A stretch of 64,000 nucleotides of DNA from the NCBI GenBank assembly GCA_000004985.1, contig GG738872.1; one strand, written 5' to 3'. The stretch's first letter is position 1. The number at the start of each line of letters is the position of its first letter. Below are positions 45,262 through 59,016 of this stretch, piece by piece. A program made the translations under genes and the position numbers. Under the pieces are notes generated by a model. It did no database searches and was not told the DNA's origin. It saw only the letters and a program-made list of their open reading frames with translations. This DNA is from Naegleria gruberi. Its lineage: Eukaryota.

Positions 45262-46185
45262 ATGCCATCAAACCTTCTGGAAAAATTCGCTGATCTCGAA
45301 CCAATCCCTGCACAAGAAGGACCAAATCCAGTTGTACAAATTGCCTACTCGGATGATTTTAAAGAAGTGATGGGATACTTCAGAGCAGTTATACAAAATA
45401 ATGAAATTTCTGAACGTGCTTTGGAACTTACTGCTGAAGCTATTGAATTAAATCCTGCAAATTATACAGCATGGCATTATAGACGTATTGTACTTGATGG
45501 ATTGAATGCGGATTTATCGAAAGAAATAGAATATTTAAATCAAGTTTCCGAAGACAACCCTAAAAACTATCAAATTTGGTATCATCGTCAATCGTTGATT
45601 GAAAAACTTAGAGTTGTTGATGGTGAAAAGGATTTTGTTGAGAAAATGTTTGGTGATGATTCAAAGAATTATCATGTTTGGACTTATAGACAATGGCTTG
45701 TCAAGGAGTTTAATTTATGGGAAGGTGAATTAGATTTTACTATCCGTCTATTTAATCAAGATTTGAGAAACAATAGTGCATGGAATTATCGTTTCTATTT
45801 AATTCAACATACTACACCAAATTTTGAAACAAATATCCAAGTAAGAAAACAAGAAATTGATGTTGCTTTCGAATACATTCTCAAAGCACCAAACAATGAA
45901 AGTCCTTGGAATTATGCAAAGGGAATGGCTAGCCACTTGATGAAAGAAACATCTCCTGAATATCAAGAAATTGTTGGATATTTAGAAGAAAAGACAAGAT
46001 CTGTATTGGAAAGGGTTTCTATTAATCCACATGCTAACTATTTACTCTTTGTTTGTTTGATGAGAAGAGGTCAATTGGAAGAAGCTCTTACAGTTTGTCA
46101 TAATTTGCAAAAGTTTGATGGTATTAGAAAGAAATATTGGGAATTCAGAGCTAAACAAGTGGAAGGTTTGATTTCTCAACTTTAA
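45262..46185 (+). CDS. Protein farnesyltransferase / geranylgeranyltransferase type-I alpha subunit
   Basis: Five prenyltransferase alpha repeats with the N-Y-x-x-W-x-Y/H-R motif (NYTAWHYRR, NYQIWYHRQ, NYHVWTYRQW, NNSAWNYRFY, NESPWNYAKG). Single exon. Confidence 0.85.
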   Translation: MPSNLLEKFADLEPIPAQEGPNPVVQIAYSDDFKEVMGYFRAVIQNNEISERALELTAEAIELNPANYTAWHYRRIVLDGLNADLSKEIEYLNQVSEDNPKNYQIWYHRQSLIEKLRVVDGEKDFVEKMFGDDSKNYHVWTYRQWLVKEFNLWEGELDFTIRLFNQDLRNNSAWNYRFYLIQHTTPNFETNIQVRKQEIDVAFEYILKAPNNESPWNYAKGMASHLMKETSPEYQEIVGYLEEKTRSVLERVSINPHANYLLFVCLMRRGQLEEALTVCHNLQKFDGIRKKYWEFRAKQVEGLISQL

Positions 46186-46283
46186 ATAAAATTGTAATTT
46201 ATTAATTGACCATACCATGCCACCTTAATTCTGCATTATTGTAAACCAATAGTTTAAACTCAATTTCAAAATAGAACAAAAAA

Positions 46284-48379
46284 ATGTCTGAAATGCTAAA
46301 GAGTCTCATAGGAGATGATGATTATGATAGCTATGATGAAGATGACGATGAAGATGATCATCAATTATCGGGTGATGATGTCAATGATGAGGAAGAATTA
46401 CCAAACAATGAATCTAGTTATATAGAAAATAAGGAAGAAATTGAAAAGAATATAACATTGAAGGTTCTCTCGGAAAAGAACAAGACAAGAAAGAAAAAGT
46501 TTAAACTTTCCTCATCTTCATCAACAGGAGAAGATAGATCGAAGATGAATCAAGTTCAGATCATGACGATGACTGAGGAAGAGATACAAGACTATCAAAA
46601 TTTGAAACTCTATGGCATTGAAGGACCAAAATTGAAAAAACAAGAGGAAGTGAATGAGGAAGTTAATTTCAAGTTGGACGTGTTGCAATCTTCTAAAATG
46701 TTCTTTGAAGATGTAGATCCAAGTGTTGTTACAATTTATACTGGATCAAAGGCTCATGAAACACAATTTCATTATGTGACTTGCAAATGGTATGACTTGA
46801 TGCTTGAAAAGGGGATATAAAACTTCGTGAAGATGTGCTCAGAATTGAAGTAACAGAACCAAAATATGTCACTGAGGAATATTCACATACCAAGTCCTTT
46901 AATATTGTACAACAATTATTGAATAGAACAGATCATATGACATGTCTTTCGAGTGATCACAAATATCTATTCATTGCTGGTGGAATAACAGCAAATACTC
47001 AACATGATGACTTGATTGTTTATGACCTTACTAAAGGAAGATTAAATATTTATAGAGATATTATGAGAGTTAGTAATGAGATGAATGCAAATTCTAATCC
47101 TATCTTGGCTGGTCAATTTATGATTGAAATGAATGGAGATATTTATATTTTTGGGGATTCTGTTTACAAAATTCAGAAAATATTCAAACCACAGGAAATT
47201 TGTTTTACTCCTGGAATGTTAAATTCATGGTATGGAGGATTTTACTTGTACTCACGAAGAACTCATTTCTCATTTAATAGTACCATTGCTGAGGGTGGTA
47301 TTGATGTTTTTGTTTTTGGTGGGAAAACTTTAGCAAATTCAATCTTGGATGATTTATACATTATTCATATTCCTAATAATGTAAATAATCAAATTCCAAT
47401 GGCATATGCTAAAGTAGAAAAGCCAAGAAGAGGAGAAAGAGATTGGCCATCAGCTAGATTTGGACATTCATCGTGTATTATTGCTAACTTGATGTTTGTT
47501 TATGGTGGAATGAGTGCTAAAAATCAATTGTTAAATGACTTGTACGTATTTGACACATCTACTCGTGTTTGGACTGAAATCAACGTTGAATCAATGCTTC
47601 CCCCATACACAGGCACAATAATCTTGAGTAACTCGAAAGAGGTAAATCAATTTTTGGAATTTGTCAAGTTAGTGTCTGAAGTAAAGCATTTTCCATACAT
47701 TCAAAAGATTTGTAGTATGGATTTGAGAAAGGATTTGAGTTTAACACGAGAAATTTTGGAAGTTATGCACAAAGATTTTACAAGTTTGATCGATGATAAG
47801 ACCTACAGCGATTTAGTGATTGTATTGGACCATGATGGCTCTAACCAACCTCCTCCAATGGAAGAAATCTCAATGGAAGACGAGTTGCTTTCACCTCTTT
47901 CAGACAGTAAGATTCCTTCTTCTGGAATTTTTGTACACAAATTGATTGTCTCACGATCTCCATTCTTTGCAAGAATGTTTGTTACAAGTGGTATGTTGGA
48001 AAGCAAAGAGAAGGTTGTGCACTTGACAGACTATTCAAAGGAGATCATGATGGACTTGTTAAAATATTTGTACACTGACATTATTCAACTAAGTCCAAGA
48101 AACTGTTTAGGTATTTTGGTTTATTGCTTAATGTTAGATTTGGGTGACTTGGCCAGTTGTTGCAGAAGAATGGTTTCATCTCTAGTAGACAATAATAATG
48201 TGTGGACAATACATGAGATAGCAGTTCTTTACAATGAAAAGACACTGGAATGTTCATGTGAACAATATATTGCCAATAACTATGCAACACTAAGCACCAA
48301 CTCTTTCTTTTTGGAATTACCTGATATGAGCAGAATTAAGATTAAGCAAATCTATGACAGGAAGAATAAGAAGAAGTAA
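46284..48379 (+). CDS. Kelch-repeat + BTB/POZ domain protein with an acidic N-terminal region. Apparent 1-nt frame break at a GGGG run (46811..46814)
   Basis: Track ORFs 46284..46820 and 46835..48379 overlap in open frames across 46808..46820. Adding one G to the gggg run fuses them (...LEKGDIKLREDVLRIEV...). The downstream part has Kelch-like beta-propeller repeats and a C-terminal BTB domain. Confidence 0.55.
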
Positions 48380-48465
48380 CTTCTACAGAAACAATTAAAG
48401 TGGATTTAAATAATTTAAATAATTTATTATGATCAAACAAGGTTGAAAAGGTCTTTTGATTGAAA

Positions 48466-51400
48466 TTACAATTGGCAAGTATATTTGTAAACTACACCAT
48501 CCTCACCACCACAGTATAATTTTTTACCATCACTAGTTAAATAAAGACAGGTAACAGCAGATTTGAGATCTTTGAGAGTAACAGACTTGGTCAAAGTGAG
48601 CTCGTTCTTGTTTGTTTCACTTGAAACAGTGTAATTCATATCAAATATACTAATTTCACCATTTGAATGACCAACAAGCAAGTGTTCTCTACCGTCATAA
48701 GGATTGATAACTTTAAGAGCTGTTGTAGCTGGTGTTCTTCCTAAACTCTTTGAAGCCAAGATGTCACCATTCATAGCATAAACAGTTACTCTGGTCCATT
48801 GACAAACAATAATTTGTCCAGTGGATGGACATACAGAAATAAATGAAATTGGTTTGTCTTCAACATCTGATGGAATTGACAATTCACGAACATACTTCAA
48901 TCTACTTAGATCCCATACAATACATGTTGCATCATAACTTCCACTAACAATGATGTTGAATTCAGAGCTAGCTGTAACGTAAGAGATTTTATCAGTGTGA
49001 CCACACAATCTCTTTTGAATTTCCAAAATTTCAGTCTTCTTATGTTTCTTAATCTTGAAAACACTGACAACACTATCTTCACCACCACAAACAAGCACTT
49101 GATGATCTTTAGTGATAGTAGCATGACTAATTTGAGAGGTATGAAGTCTTTCATGAACTACTATTGGTGTTTCACTGTTACTGTCTCTGAATAATCTTAA
49201 TGAGTAATCAGGATGTCCATAAGAATAGTACTTTGAACTCTTAGCATCTGCAAAGAAGCAATTCTTGTTCACAGCAACAATACCATTAACTAATTGTTTT
49301 TGAGTTAAAGAAATTTGACCAACAGCTAATGGACCCCATAATTGAGGAGTAACAGGTTCAAAAGTGTTGACACCAGAGAAAGGTGTTGTAACTACAACAC
49401 CTGTGTCTGAGACAGTACTACTTTCCTTGTATGTGAGTACCTTGTTGATCTTACCTGTTAATTTTCCAAGGGTTGCAGTAAATGAAGGAGCAACAATACC
49501 TCCTTGTAAATCGGCAACAATTGTACTTCCTGCGTCATTGGCATATGTTACATCATCTGCAACAATACCCTTGAGCTTGTTGAAAGAAACACAAATAACA
49601 TTTGGATCAAGAACCTTCTTAAAACTTGGTAATACGACTGGTTGTGTGTTAACAGCAAGTACAAGATTACTAATAAGTCCTGAGCTACCAACAAGTGCAC
49701 CAACATTGCCATCGGATGCTTCACCACCTGTAGTTTGTGTACCAACAGTTGGTAATTGATCAGCAGCAGTAATATTTTCAGGAGTTGGACTAATAGTAGG
49801 TTGCTTTTCAATTAATTGATTGGTATTTCTCTTTGGATGTGGTTTTGTGAACAATTGTTGTGGAGTATTACCAAAGTTACTGATTTGAGAAATGATAGCT
49901 CTCTTTTCGATTTCATTCGAAATATTATCAATATCAACAGATCCTTCATATGTTAAATAGAAGAAAACATTCAATGCTTTTTCTGCTTCTGGACCTTTTT
50001 GCTTGAAACCAAATATTAAATCTACCCATTCATGCAAATGTTCAGAAACATAATCACTTTCCAATGCTTTTCTCATCATCTTTACAAAATATTCAGGATT
50101 ACCGTGAGCCCAAGGTGGTAACTCTACTTCATTGACTGGATTACCATTTTGCTTCAAGCCAAACTGTACGTTATTCTTGTTGATCAAAAATTCAGGAAGA
50201 ACGTAGAATTCAGGAATCAATTCCTTAACATCTGATAAAGAGAAATCAGTTGATGCAGATTCCCAAGTTTCCTTGATTGAGTGGAACATACGATCAGCAA
50301 TATCAAACTTGCCTCCTTGTAATTCAACACATTGAGATGTATAAGGTTCAATTCTCAACATGTAGTAAAGTACAATACCTGCACTTGAATAGTGAGAACC
50401 ATAGTGGAATTTTGGAATATAAGGATCACACCAACTGTGATATCTTTCACGGAAAAGTTTAGCTCTACCATCATCAATAGCACCCATTGGTTTAGATAAA
50501 TCACGATAAATCTTTGGATCATTAAAGTTCAATTCTTCACTACTATAATCTTGTAAGACCCATGGGAAGATTGGATATTGTGTTAAATCGTTAAAAGATC
50601 TTCCAGCTAAAGTGTTCAAGTACATTAAATATTCAAAGTTATCAACTTCTCCCTTTTGCCACTTTGATTGCATAGTCTTGAGTGAAGGGAAGGCCTTCTT
50701 GTGATGTTTGTCTGAAGATTTGAGTTTTTCATACACTTTGTTCATGTCAACCTTCTCAAGTACTAAGAAGAAGTTTCTACCATCACTACAGAATATTTCA
50801 ACTGCAGTTTCTCTCAATAAATATCTTCTCTTGAGAATGTCATTAATATCAGTTAGTGGAATCTTGATTGTTTCATGAGAAATATCAGAAAGTTCATTTT
50901 CACTGACTGCCTGTTGTGCGCTTGATTCAATCAATGTGGAGTGGTCTCCCTTAACTTCTATTAATTTATCATCATCAGTAAGTACATAGTTGTCGATAAT
51001 GTAGGCATTATTCTTACAAATCAAGAATAGAGACTTTTGTCCATCGAGACCATTAATTCTCAAACTGTTATAACTGAACAAAATCATATCACCAGGTTCG
51101 ATAAGTTTTCTAATCTTGAAATCTTCACCCATTTCTTCTTCATACATTGTAAGTAAATCGTCATCATCAACTTCATCAGCAGTAGCATTTTCCAGAGTTG
51201 TTCCTTCATGAGTATTATCACTTTCCATACTTTCATCCAATGATTCCAAATCACCTCTAGATCTGTTAATTTCAAGTGGTCTTGGACTTCCTTCAAGAGA
51301 AATATCTGTTGTATCAAGAGTAATGGATGGAGGAGCAAGTGCTTCAAGATCCTTGTCATCAAGTTCCTTCTTTGGTTGTAACATTTCACGAGGCTTTGCA

Positions 51401-54400
51401 GGTGACAAATAGCTCCATTCTTGGAACTTTTCAAGGTTTTCAATGGCTGGTTTTTCAGGTTGCTTAGGAGAAGAGTCCATGTCAATTAAATTGACAGTGG
51501 ACTTTACAGTAGTATTTCTTTCCTTCTTAGATGCGTGGACACTATTTTGTTCTCTGTTTGGATCGGATTGAATAGCAACTTCATAAGCCTTTTCAAGATG
51601 GAATTTTTCTAACTTGATTCTCATTCTCTTAGGACCTTCAGTTGAATCCAATCTCCATGCCAATGTATTGTCTTCTTTAGCTCTATGAGACCATGTTCCT
51701 CTTTCCATGAACAATAATTCGTAAAGATTGTTCCATGTCTCTCCAGCAAATTTTAATCTAATAATTGATTCTTCAACCAAAACTTGGGTTCTTTCTTCTT
51801 CCATTTCAATAATGTGTTTTAATTGGGATTTGGCATTTCCAAGCAAGAAACCATAATTTTCTCCTAATTTTCTTTCACTTCTTGAGGCAGATCTGTTTCT
51901 CATTAAATCTCCTTCTAACATGTTCAATGCATTATGAGTATGCTTATTTTCACCTTCAATATATCCAGTGAGAGTGGATGCCAAGTTATTATTAAAGAAA
52001 TTGGAGACTTTTTCGTTATTTTCATTAAACCACTTTGTGAAAATAGATACATCAGAATCTAACAAAGATCTGAATCCTTGAACAATACTATTACCCAAGT
52101 CATAGGCAGCTTGAAGAGTTTCATTTGTAATTTTCTCTTTTGGAACCAAGAAAATTGTTGGAAGTAAATTTGTATCGTGATGGGCAGCAACAATCAACTT
52201 CCAGATTTTAACTGCTGTATCCTTAATTGAAACTTCGGAATCATCTGTCATTAGTGTAAACAAAAGGAAGAAAATACAATTAAAATATTCAAAATCAAGA
52301 TTGTTAGGATCTAGTGAAGTTATAAAAGCTTGAGTATCCAACATTGAATTGAGAACTTTCTCTGTAAAATCGCTAGATGATACTTGAACAAATGAATATA
52401 AAATCATTCTGTTAAGGGATCTAAATGGATATGCTGAAGATTCCTTCTTCATACCAACTCCAGTTGTAAAAAGATTTGTTACGGAAAACTTGGATGATAC
52501 GTCCAACTGTTTGGTTGTTGAAATTACTTGGATTATGAAATTCAAAGTATCAATGTAGTGAGTTTTTGGTAAAATAGAAGCATAGTGCATATCAACTACA
52601 TAAGAACAGAAAACTGAAAGGTTTGCTCCAAGTTTGCTATCTTTTGCTTGAACCCAAGCAACCATCTTCTCGCTGGAATAAACCTTGATTAATGACATTA
52701 AGAATGAAGATCTAAATGCCAAGGTTGAAGTTTCACTAGCTTGAGTTGGAGGAGATTTCAATATATCTTCAACAATTTGAACACCTTTGCTTGAGTTGGA
52801 GAGTTCATAGGTTGTGATAGCTCTCAGAATGGAAAGAACTGATGAAGCAATAGAATTAGTTAAGAAGGCATCTGTATCTACCTTTGGTTTTTTGTTCAAC
52901 TCTAGAGAAAATAGCATAATTGATAATGCTTGAAGCGTTTCAGGCTTTCTAAATTGAGTTTTAACATCACTAGATAATCTCCATATTCTCTTGAATACAG
53001 ATAATATTTCTTTAGTAATAGCATTTTCTCTTGGTCTTTCTTCCAATTTAATTGAGTTCAAATCTATTGTAGTAACTGGGCTTGCTTCTTCTTGTTCAAT
53101 ACCTGCTTTAAAAGATCCAACAGAAGAAACAACGTTTCTCAATAAACTCCATCTACGGTTGGCTTGTGATGATTTTTCTTCTGATCTAAAAGATGCAAAA
53201 TAAGAAACAGCTGAAACCTCACCATATAATGCACTCTCAGAATCAGGAGCATAGTTATGAGAAATGAGTTCGATGAGTATTGGAATAACTTCCTTGCAGA
53301 AAATAATATCTGTCATACCCTTTTCATTAAACATTCCTGAAACTTGATCCAAAGAATTCTTCAAATCAGCCTCTGAGACAACGTTCAATGAAGGATAAGC
53401 GAAAATTGTTCTAGTCATCAACAATAATAAGGTGTAATAAACATCTGGTTGATTACAATATGGTATTAAACCTCGTTTTAAACTTGGTAAAATATTATCT
53501 GGCTTTATCTTTCCTTGTAAAAGAAGAAGACAAAGTAATTGGAGAGATAATATCAATGAAATAGGATGAGATTTCTCTCCAACAAATTGATAGAACCAAA
53601 CTTCATCAACATGTTTTGAAAATAATTCAAGGTAATTAACATCTGAACTAGCTAAATCGTATAACATTTTCAATAATAAATTTCTTGCTGCTACATTACT
53701 CAATGAAAGGGTAGTAGCACTTTGACGTCTTAACTTCTTGGAACTTGATGAGGAAACATCAGACAGAGAAGGTGTTTGAGTAAGTGAGAAGGAAGAGTTG
53801 TTTGACTTGGTGTTAACCATAACCCAACTTCCTGCCTTTTGTATCTTTCTATTTCCTGATATGAGAGCAGAATCATCAAGAGAACTCAGCAAAAAGTTAC
53901 AAATAGATATCATATCATTATCTGACATTCTATGCTTGAATAAGTGAGCTAATATACCAGAAATAACTTCAATAATTTGAATGGATGGAGATTCACTCAA
54001 AATATGCAACAATTTGGTAACAATGCCTGTTGTCTTGAGTCTAATAACATTCCAATGAGTATAATAACTTTGCGAAACAAGATTGTCAATTTTTTGGAAT
54101 AATTCAAGTTGAATAGCTGTATCTGTCTTTCTCCAAATATCATAATCAATGATCAAGCAAATAAATGCTTTCAGATTGGTTACAATTTCCTTTTGTTCAC
54201 CACTACCCATAAGTACAAAATCGAATAAAAGTTGAAGAATCTTGCTATCCAACAAAGATGTCTTTTTTCTAATGAAACTTGCAATAATGTCGTATCCCAA
54301 AATTCTTTCTACTTCATCAATTTGTAATGGAGAGTCCATCATCAAATTGTACAAGAGCATTAATGAATCATAAAGAGCTTGAGTAGTTTCAGCTCTATCA

Positions 54401-57400
54401 ATGAGGGCAAGAACAACTACAATACCATCAGAGTTAAGAATATTGTCAGAGAGTGATGTTGGGCAACAAACAAAACTCTTGTCTAATTGTGGTAAGAGTA
54501 CTTTTGGTGACTTTCTATCGCCGTGTAAACTTTCTAAAACCAGTGAATTGTTTCTGTTATCTTGGTCCAATGACTTTAGGGAATGGTTATGAGCGTTGAA
54601 TGCGAATACCAATCTCTCAGGAGATAATTTAGAGGCAGAAATTGATACAATGCTTTCTTTTGCTTCGGTTTCAGTTGAAATCTCTCTAGATGTTGCAACT
54701 CTTTGCAATAATTTAATATAGTTTGGATAGAGATGATATGTAAGAAGATCCATGTGTGGAGTATAGGATCCTTGGAAATAACCTGTGTAAGTATTGTTAG
54801 CAACGAAAATAGATGCAACCGTCTCTGGATAAAGAACATCTTCATAAAGGAAAGAAGGTCCCATTCTCCAAACATCAATACTATCAGCACTATTTTTACC
54901 CAAAATACCAGTAACTTTGGATCCTGCAGCATACGGATTAACAAAACCAACTTTTTGTGATTCTTCCAATTTACCATCAACATAAATCGACATTACACTG
55001 CTCGATAATCTGTTTCTTTGATGGGTTACAACCAAGTGATGCCACTTGTCAGATTCAAATTGAACCTTAGAGAATAAAATTCTCTTTGATTTTGGTCCAT
55101 TTTGGAATTCAAGAAAACCATCTGGTCTGACGTGGAATTGAAGGAATGATTTGCCATCATCTGATTGAATGTTAAGAAGAATAAAAACATTGAGATCACC
55201 AAAGGTTGTTGCTGATAATCTCTTGCTTGCGTTGGATTGTGTTCTTTGATGAGAGTGAGTTCTTCTTTTCTTTTGGGCTGTAGCAGAGACATCTGTTGTA
55301 TTGTAGAACCAACATGAGAAAGTATATCCAGCTGTCATTGAACTATTCCAAGTTCTGTCTGTTAGATTAATAATTGGGCATTCAGATCCCGGCCTATATT
55401 CTACAAATGGAGTGCTAATACCTTTCTTGGCAGCATTCATCAATAATTTCATCATACATTGTGGGTGATCCTTGTCTGCAAAGATTGATAATAATCTTCT
55501 CCACTCCAATTGTGATAATCTGTAACATGCAACTTTTTCGCAAATGTTTAGTAATGTAGCACTAAACTTGTGATTAGTGTCAACCATTTGTCCATATAAA
55601 TTATCCAAAATAAAATCAACAACCTTGATATTGGATAAACCCTCTAGGTTCAATGGACCAACTTTTAACATTAACTCGGTAACTTTCAAAATGGACAATT
55701 GTAAATCCTCACTAGCATGATTGATGAGTTTTAAACAAAACAAAAGACCAAATGGATTATGAAGAATTGGGCATTTTGAAACTGTGAGACCGCCAATATT
55801 CAGATAGAGGTCGTTATCTCGTGATCTAAGGGGAATAGGTGTAACTGGGCTAACAGCCAGAGAAGAAATATTGCCAGAGGAAATGCTATTATAGCTTAAA
55901 TTACCAGAAGAGTTATTTTGATCAAACTCTTCAATACATTTCTCAGTTGCAAAATCAATCAAACATTGGAAAACTTCTTTCTTGTACTCAGTGTTCATTA
56001 TGCCATTTACATTTAAAGCGTCAATTATGGCATTATCACCAATCTTAGGTAAGAATGATAACTTATTCCTTGGATGATTCTGAAGAGATGTAGCCAAAGC
56101 AGTAAACATGGATTGCATTAATCTGATTACGTCCATTTGTTCGTAAAGCTCCTCAGTGTCAGTATTATCATTCTCAGAGTTTGAATCCTCTAAAAGCTTA
56201 TTCAATTGCTTTGAAAGAACTGAACCTGTTGGGCATGGAGTATTAATCAAGATAGAAACACTAGCAACAAAACCGGCGTCTCTAAATGACTCTTTTGCTC
56301 TATCATTACTCTTAAACATTTTAGTAAGAGCATTGAAAATAGCAATCTTGAGTCCAATATTAGATCTCTTTGATGTTTGTAAAATTTCAATCAATACATT
56401 GACATCGATACTTTGTTGGACTGTATCTTGAACAATAATAGTGTGGAACACTTTCAAAGCATACCCTCTAAACATGTCATTAAGTAACATTGTTTGAAGG
56501 ACTGACACACCTCCAACTTCTCTGAATGTACGTACATTATCGTTTGTCTTTTGAAGCATGGAAATTAAAACTTGAATAGTTAAATCTAAGAGTTTCAAAA
56601 TAACCATATTCTTTTCATCATTGTTTTTGAATTGCCCCAACTTGATAATGCTTTCGAATTCATCACAAAGCATACCAACAATTTTTTCAAACAAGTAGGC
56701 TTCCTTGAACCTAATACTAAATCTGGAATCAAAGTTTAACAGTTTGTTAATAAGAGAGAGAACGTTCAAAACTAATTTAGGAGCTGCTTCTCTACTGGTT
56801 AATAACTCTCCAAGCATCTTCAACTCTTCGATTGGTGAAAAATTCAAACCTGCAAATATGAATTCAACTAGTTTTAAAACTGATTGTTGCATTTTCTCTG
56901 AGAGGTCAGGTAAATTTCTTATCAAAATAGCCATATTATGTAAGTGATGTACTGATGGATAATTTAGAGAATTATCTGCAAAGACTACAAGAAGTATTTC
57001 TATAATTTCTTGTTTTAAAATATCCTTGTTTGTTTTCAAGAATATATTAATTAATGATTGATAAATTGCAATATTCTTAATTCTTCTTTCCAAACTAGTA
57101 TTTGCTGAGGAGAAGTTCATTTGTTGAATATAATCTTGTGGAGGCTCTGTTGGTTTTTCTCCAACACAAAGAAGATCGCTAAAGTTTTTAAGTGCTACTT
57201 TCATAACTTCCATATCAGTTTCAAATTGAGTTTCACATTCTATGAGGGCCTCTTGAAGTATTTGATGGCCATTTGAATCATTAAAATCTCTGTACAGGTA
57301 AGGACTTGTTGAAATAGTTTGTTTTAAAATTGAAACAATAGTTTCTATTACTGATGAAACCATTTTGTAATCTGTTGATTTGATATTCTTGAAAGAATCT

Positions 57401-58466
57401 AATAATAAATAAATAATTTTCTTTTTGTGTAAACTGTCAACCAATACAAGATCAGTCTTGATTAGAAGAGCTGAAAGTATATCAAGAGCTAACTTTTGAG
57501 AGAAACTAAACCCTTCTTCACATTGGAAGTTAGTGAGAATTCTTACCAAAGTGAGAACATCCTCGCTCTTTTTTACAGTTTCAGTCAACTCTCTATTGTT
57601 TAAACAGATGTGTATGAAAGATACTAATTGTTGACAAACAACTTCAATAGATTCTCTTGTTGTCAATTCATGTTTTTTTTGTAAAGGTTGATCATCAACT
57701 GTGATAAGTAGAGAACTGGTTTTATCTGAAGGATCAAAATCTTGTACGTATTGTTGACAGTAAAGTTCAATATCCTTTGATGTCATCTTTGAAACTATAT
57801 CTAATATATTTATAATCAATGTGATAATTTTAAAATCCATAATAAATGGAGCTGAAACTTCCTCGAAATTAGAAACCAACATGTTCAAAGTATTTACAAT
57901 ATCAGAGCAATGTTTTTCCTTTGAAATTAAATAATGTATAATAGATAATTTAACACTGTTGAGATTATTTGGTAGTGATGATGAGCTTGGATCGAAACTA
58001 GTATCAATTTGAGTGGTGTTGAAAGGTGAAGGTGGAGGGACATTACTAGTTTCTTTCAAAGCGTTTTCCATATCCTTTTTCATTCTATGTGTCACTGTTG
58101 ATGTAAAAGTTTGTGTGTTTTTGAATCTATCATTAAAAATTTAGAACATTGAATATTTGTAAATTTCACTTACATTTGATGAAAATGTTGTTGAAACATT
58201 GTTTGACTATAAAATACTTCTTGAAATAGGGTTATAATATTATAAAGTGAAGTATCCGTCTCGGAATATAGATTAGACTCGTTTAAAAACACCTCCCATT
58301 TTGTCTTCAAATCAATAAATGTTTGAAAGATCTCTTCACTATTAAAATCCTCTCTAGATATTGGTTTAGCTTCTACTCTTGGTGTATTGTTAGATGTACT
58401 TTCCGTGCCTTTCATTCCAAATACACTTCCAATATACCCAAGCACTGATTTTCGTTTGTTGGTCAT
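48466..58466 (-). CDS. BEACH-domain protein of the LvsA/neurobeachin/LYST family (~3,300 aa), two exons (58174..58466, 48466..58126)
   Basis: BEACH core (...LTQYPIFPWVLQDYSSEELNFNDPKIYRDLSKPMGAIDDGRAKLFRERY...) followed by C-terminal WD40 repeats. A 47-nt GT..AG intron (58127..58173) joins the 98-aa 5' exon (MTNKRKSVLGYIG...) in frame to the 9.6-kb main exon. Confidence 0.85.
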
Positions 58467-59016
58467 TTTCTTTTAAAGATGATCCAAATAGATAAATAGA
58501 TGATGATGTAAGTGATGTAAATAATTGGTAGTTTAGAAGTCTTTAAAAGCCTTCAATATTGATTGTTGGGAAGAGAGAAATATTCGCTAGCCTAAAAATT
58601 GGAGGTGAGATGTTGTTGGGAGGGAGAATTTTTTTGTGATTTATTTTACTTGGCGCTTTTTAGATGGTGGTCACTTGATGAATGTCTGAGACAGCACTCT
58701 GCTGAGTTTGTTCTTTTATCTGGAATTGGAAGGCTTCGATCATCCATTGACTGAAGACTTTCCGACAGTATTTTTAATTAGTAGTGATTGGTGCTATTTG
58801 AAATTTAAATAAATTTAAAATTTTGAAATCTTGTAATTTGTGTTGATTCAGAAGAAAGATTACCAACATTTAAACAAACTCAATAAAAAAGAAAGATCAG
58901 TGAACAAAAAAAGAAGAATCTTGAAAAACTGAAAGCAAAAATTATTTCAAGATTCTGCATGACAAATCCAAATTTGTTTTTATTAAACATTTCATAAATT
59001 ATAAACTTGTGAGGAT

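Noticed and set aside
58670-58760. C/D-box snoRNA-like arrangement in the intergenic region between the BEACH gene 5' end and the RTEL1 3' end: tgatga at 58676-58681 and ctga at 58751-58754, about 75 nt apart, in a locally GC-richer stretch
   Set aside because: I could not find the expected terminal stem flanking the C and D boxes, nor clear C'/D' boxes. TGATGA and CTGA occur by chance at this spacing in AT-rich DNA. An snoRNA scan or covariance-model search would be needed.
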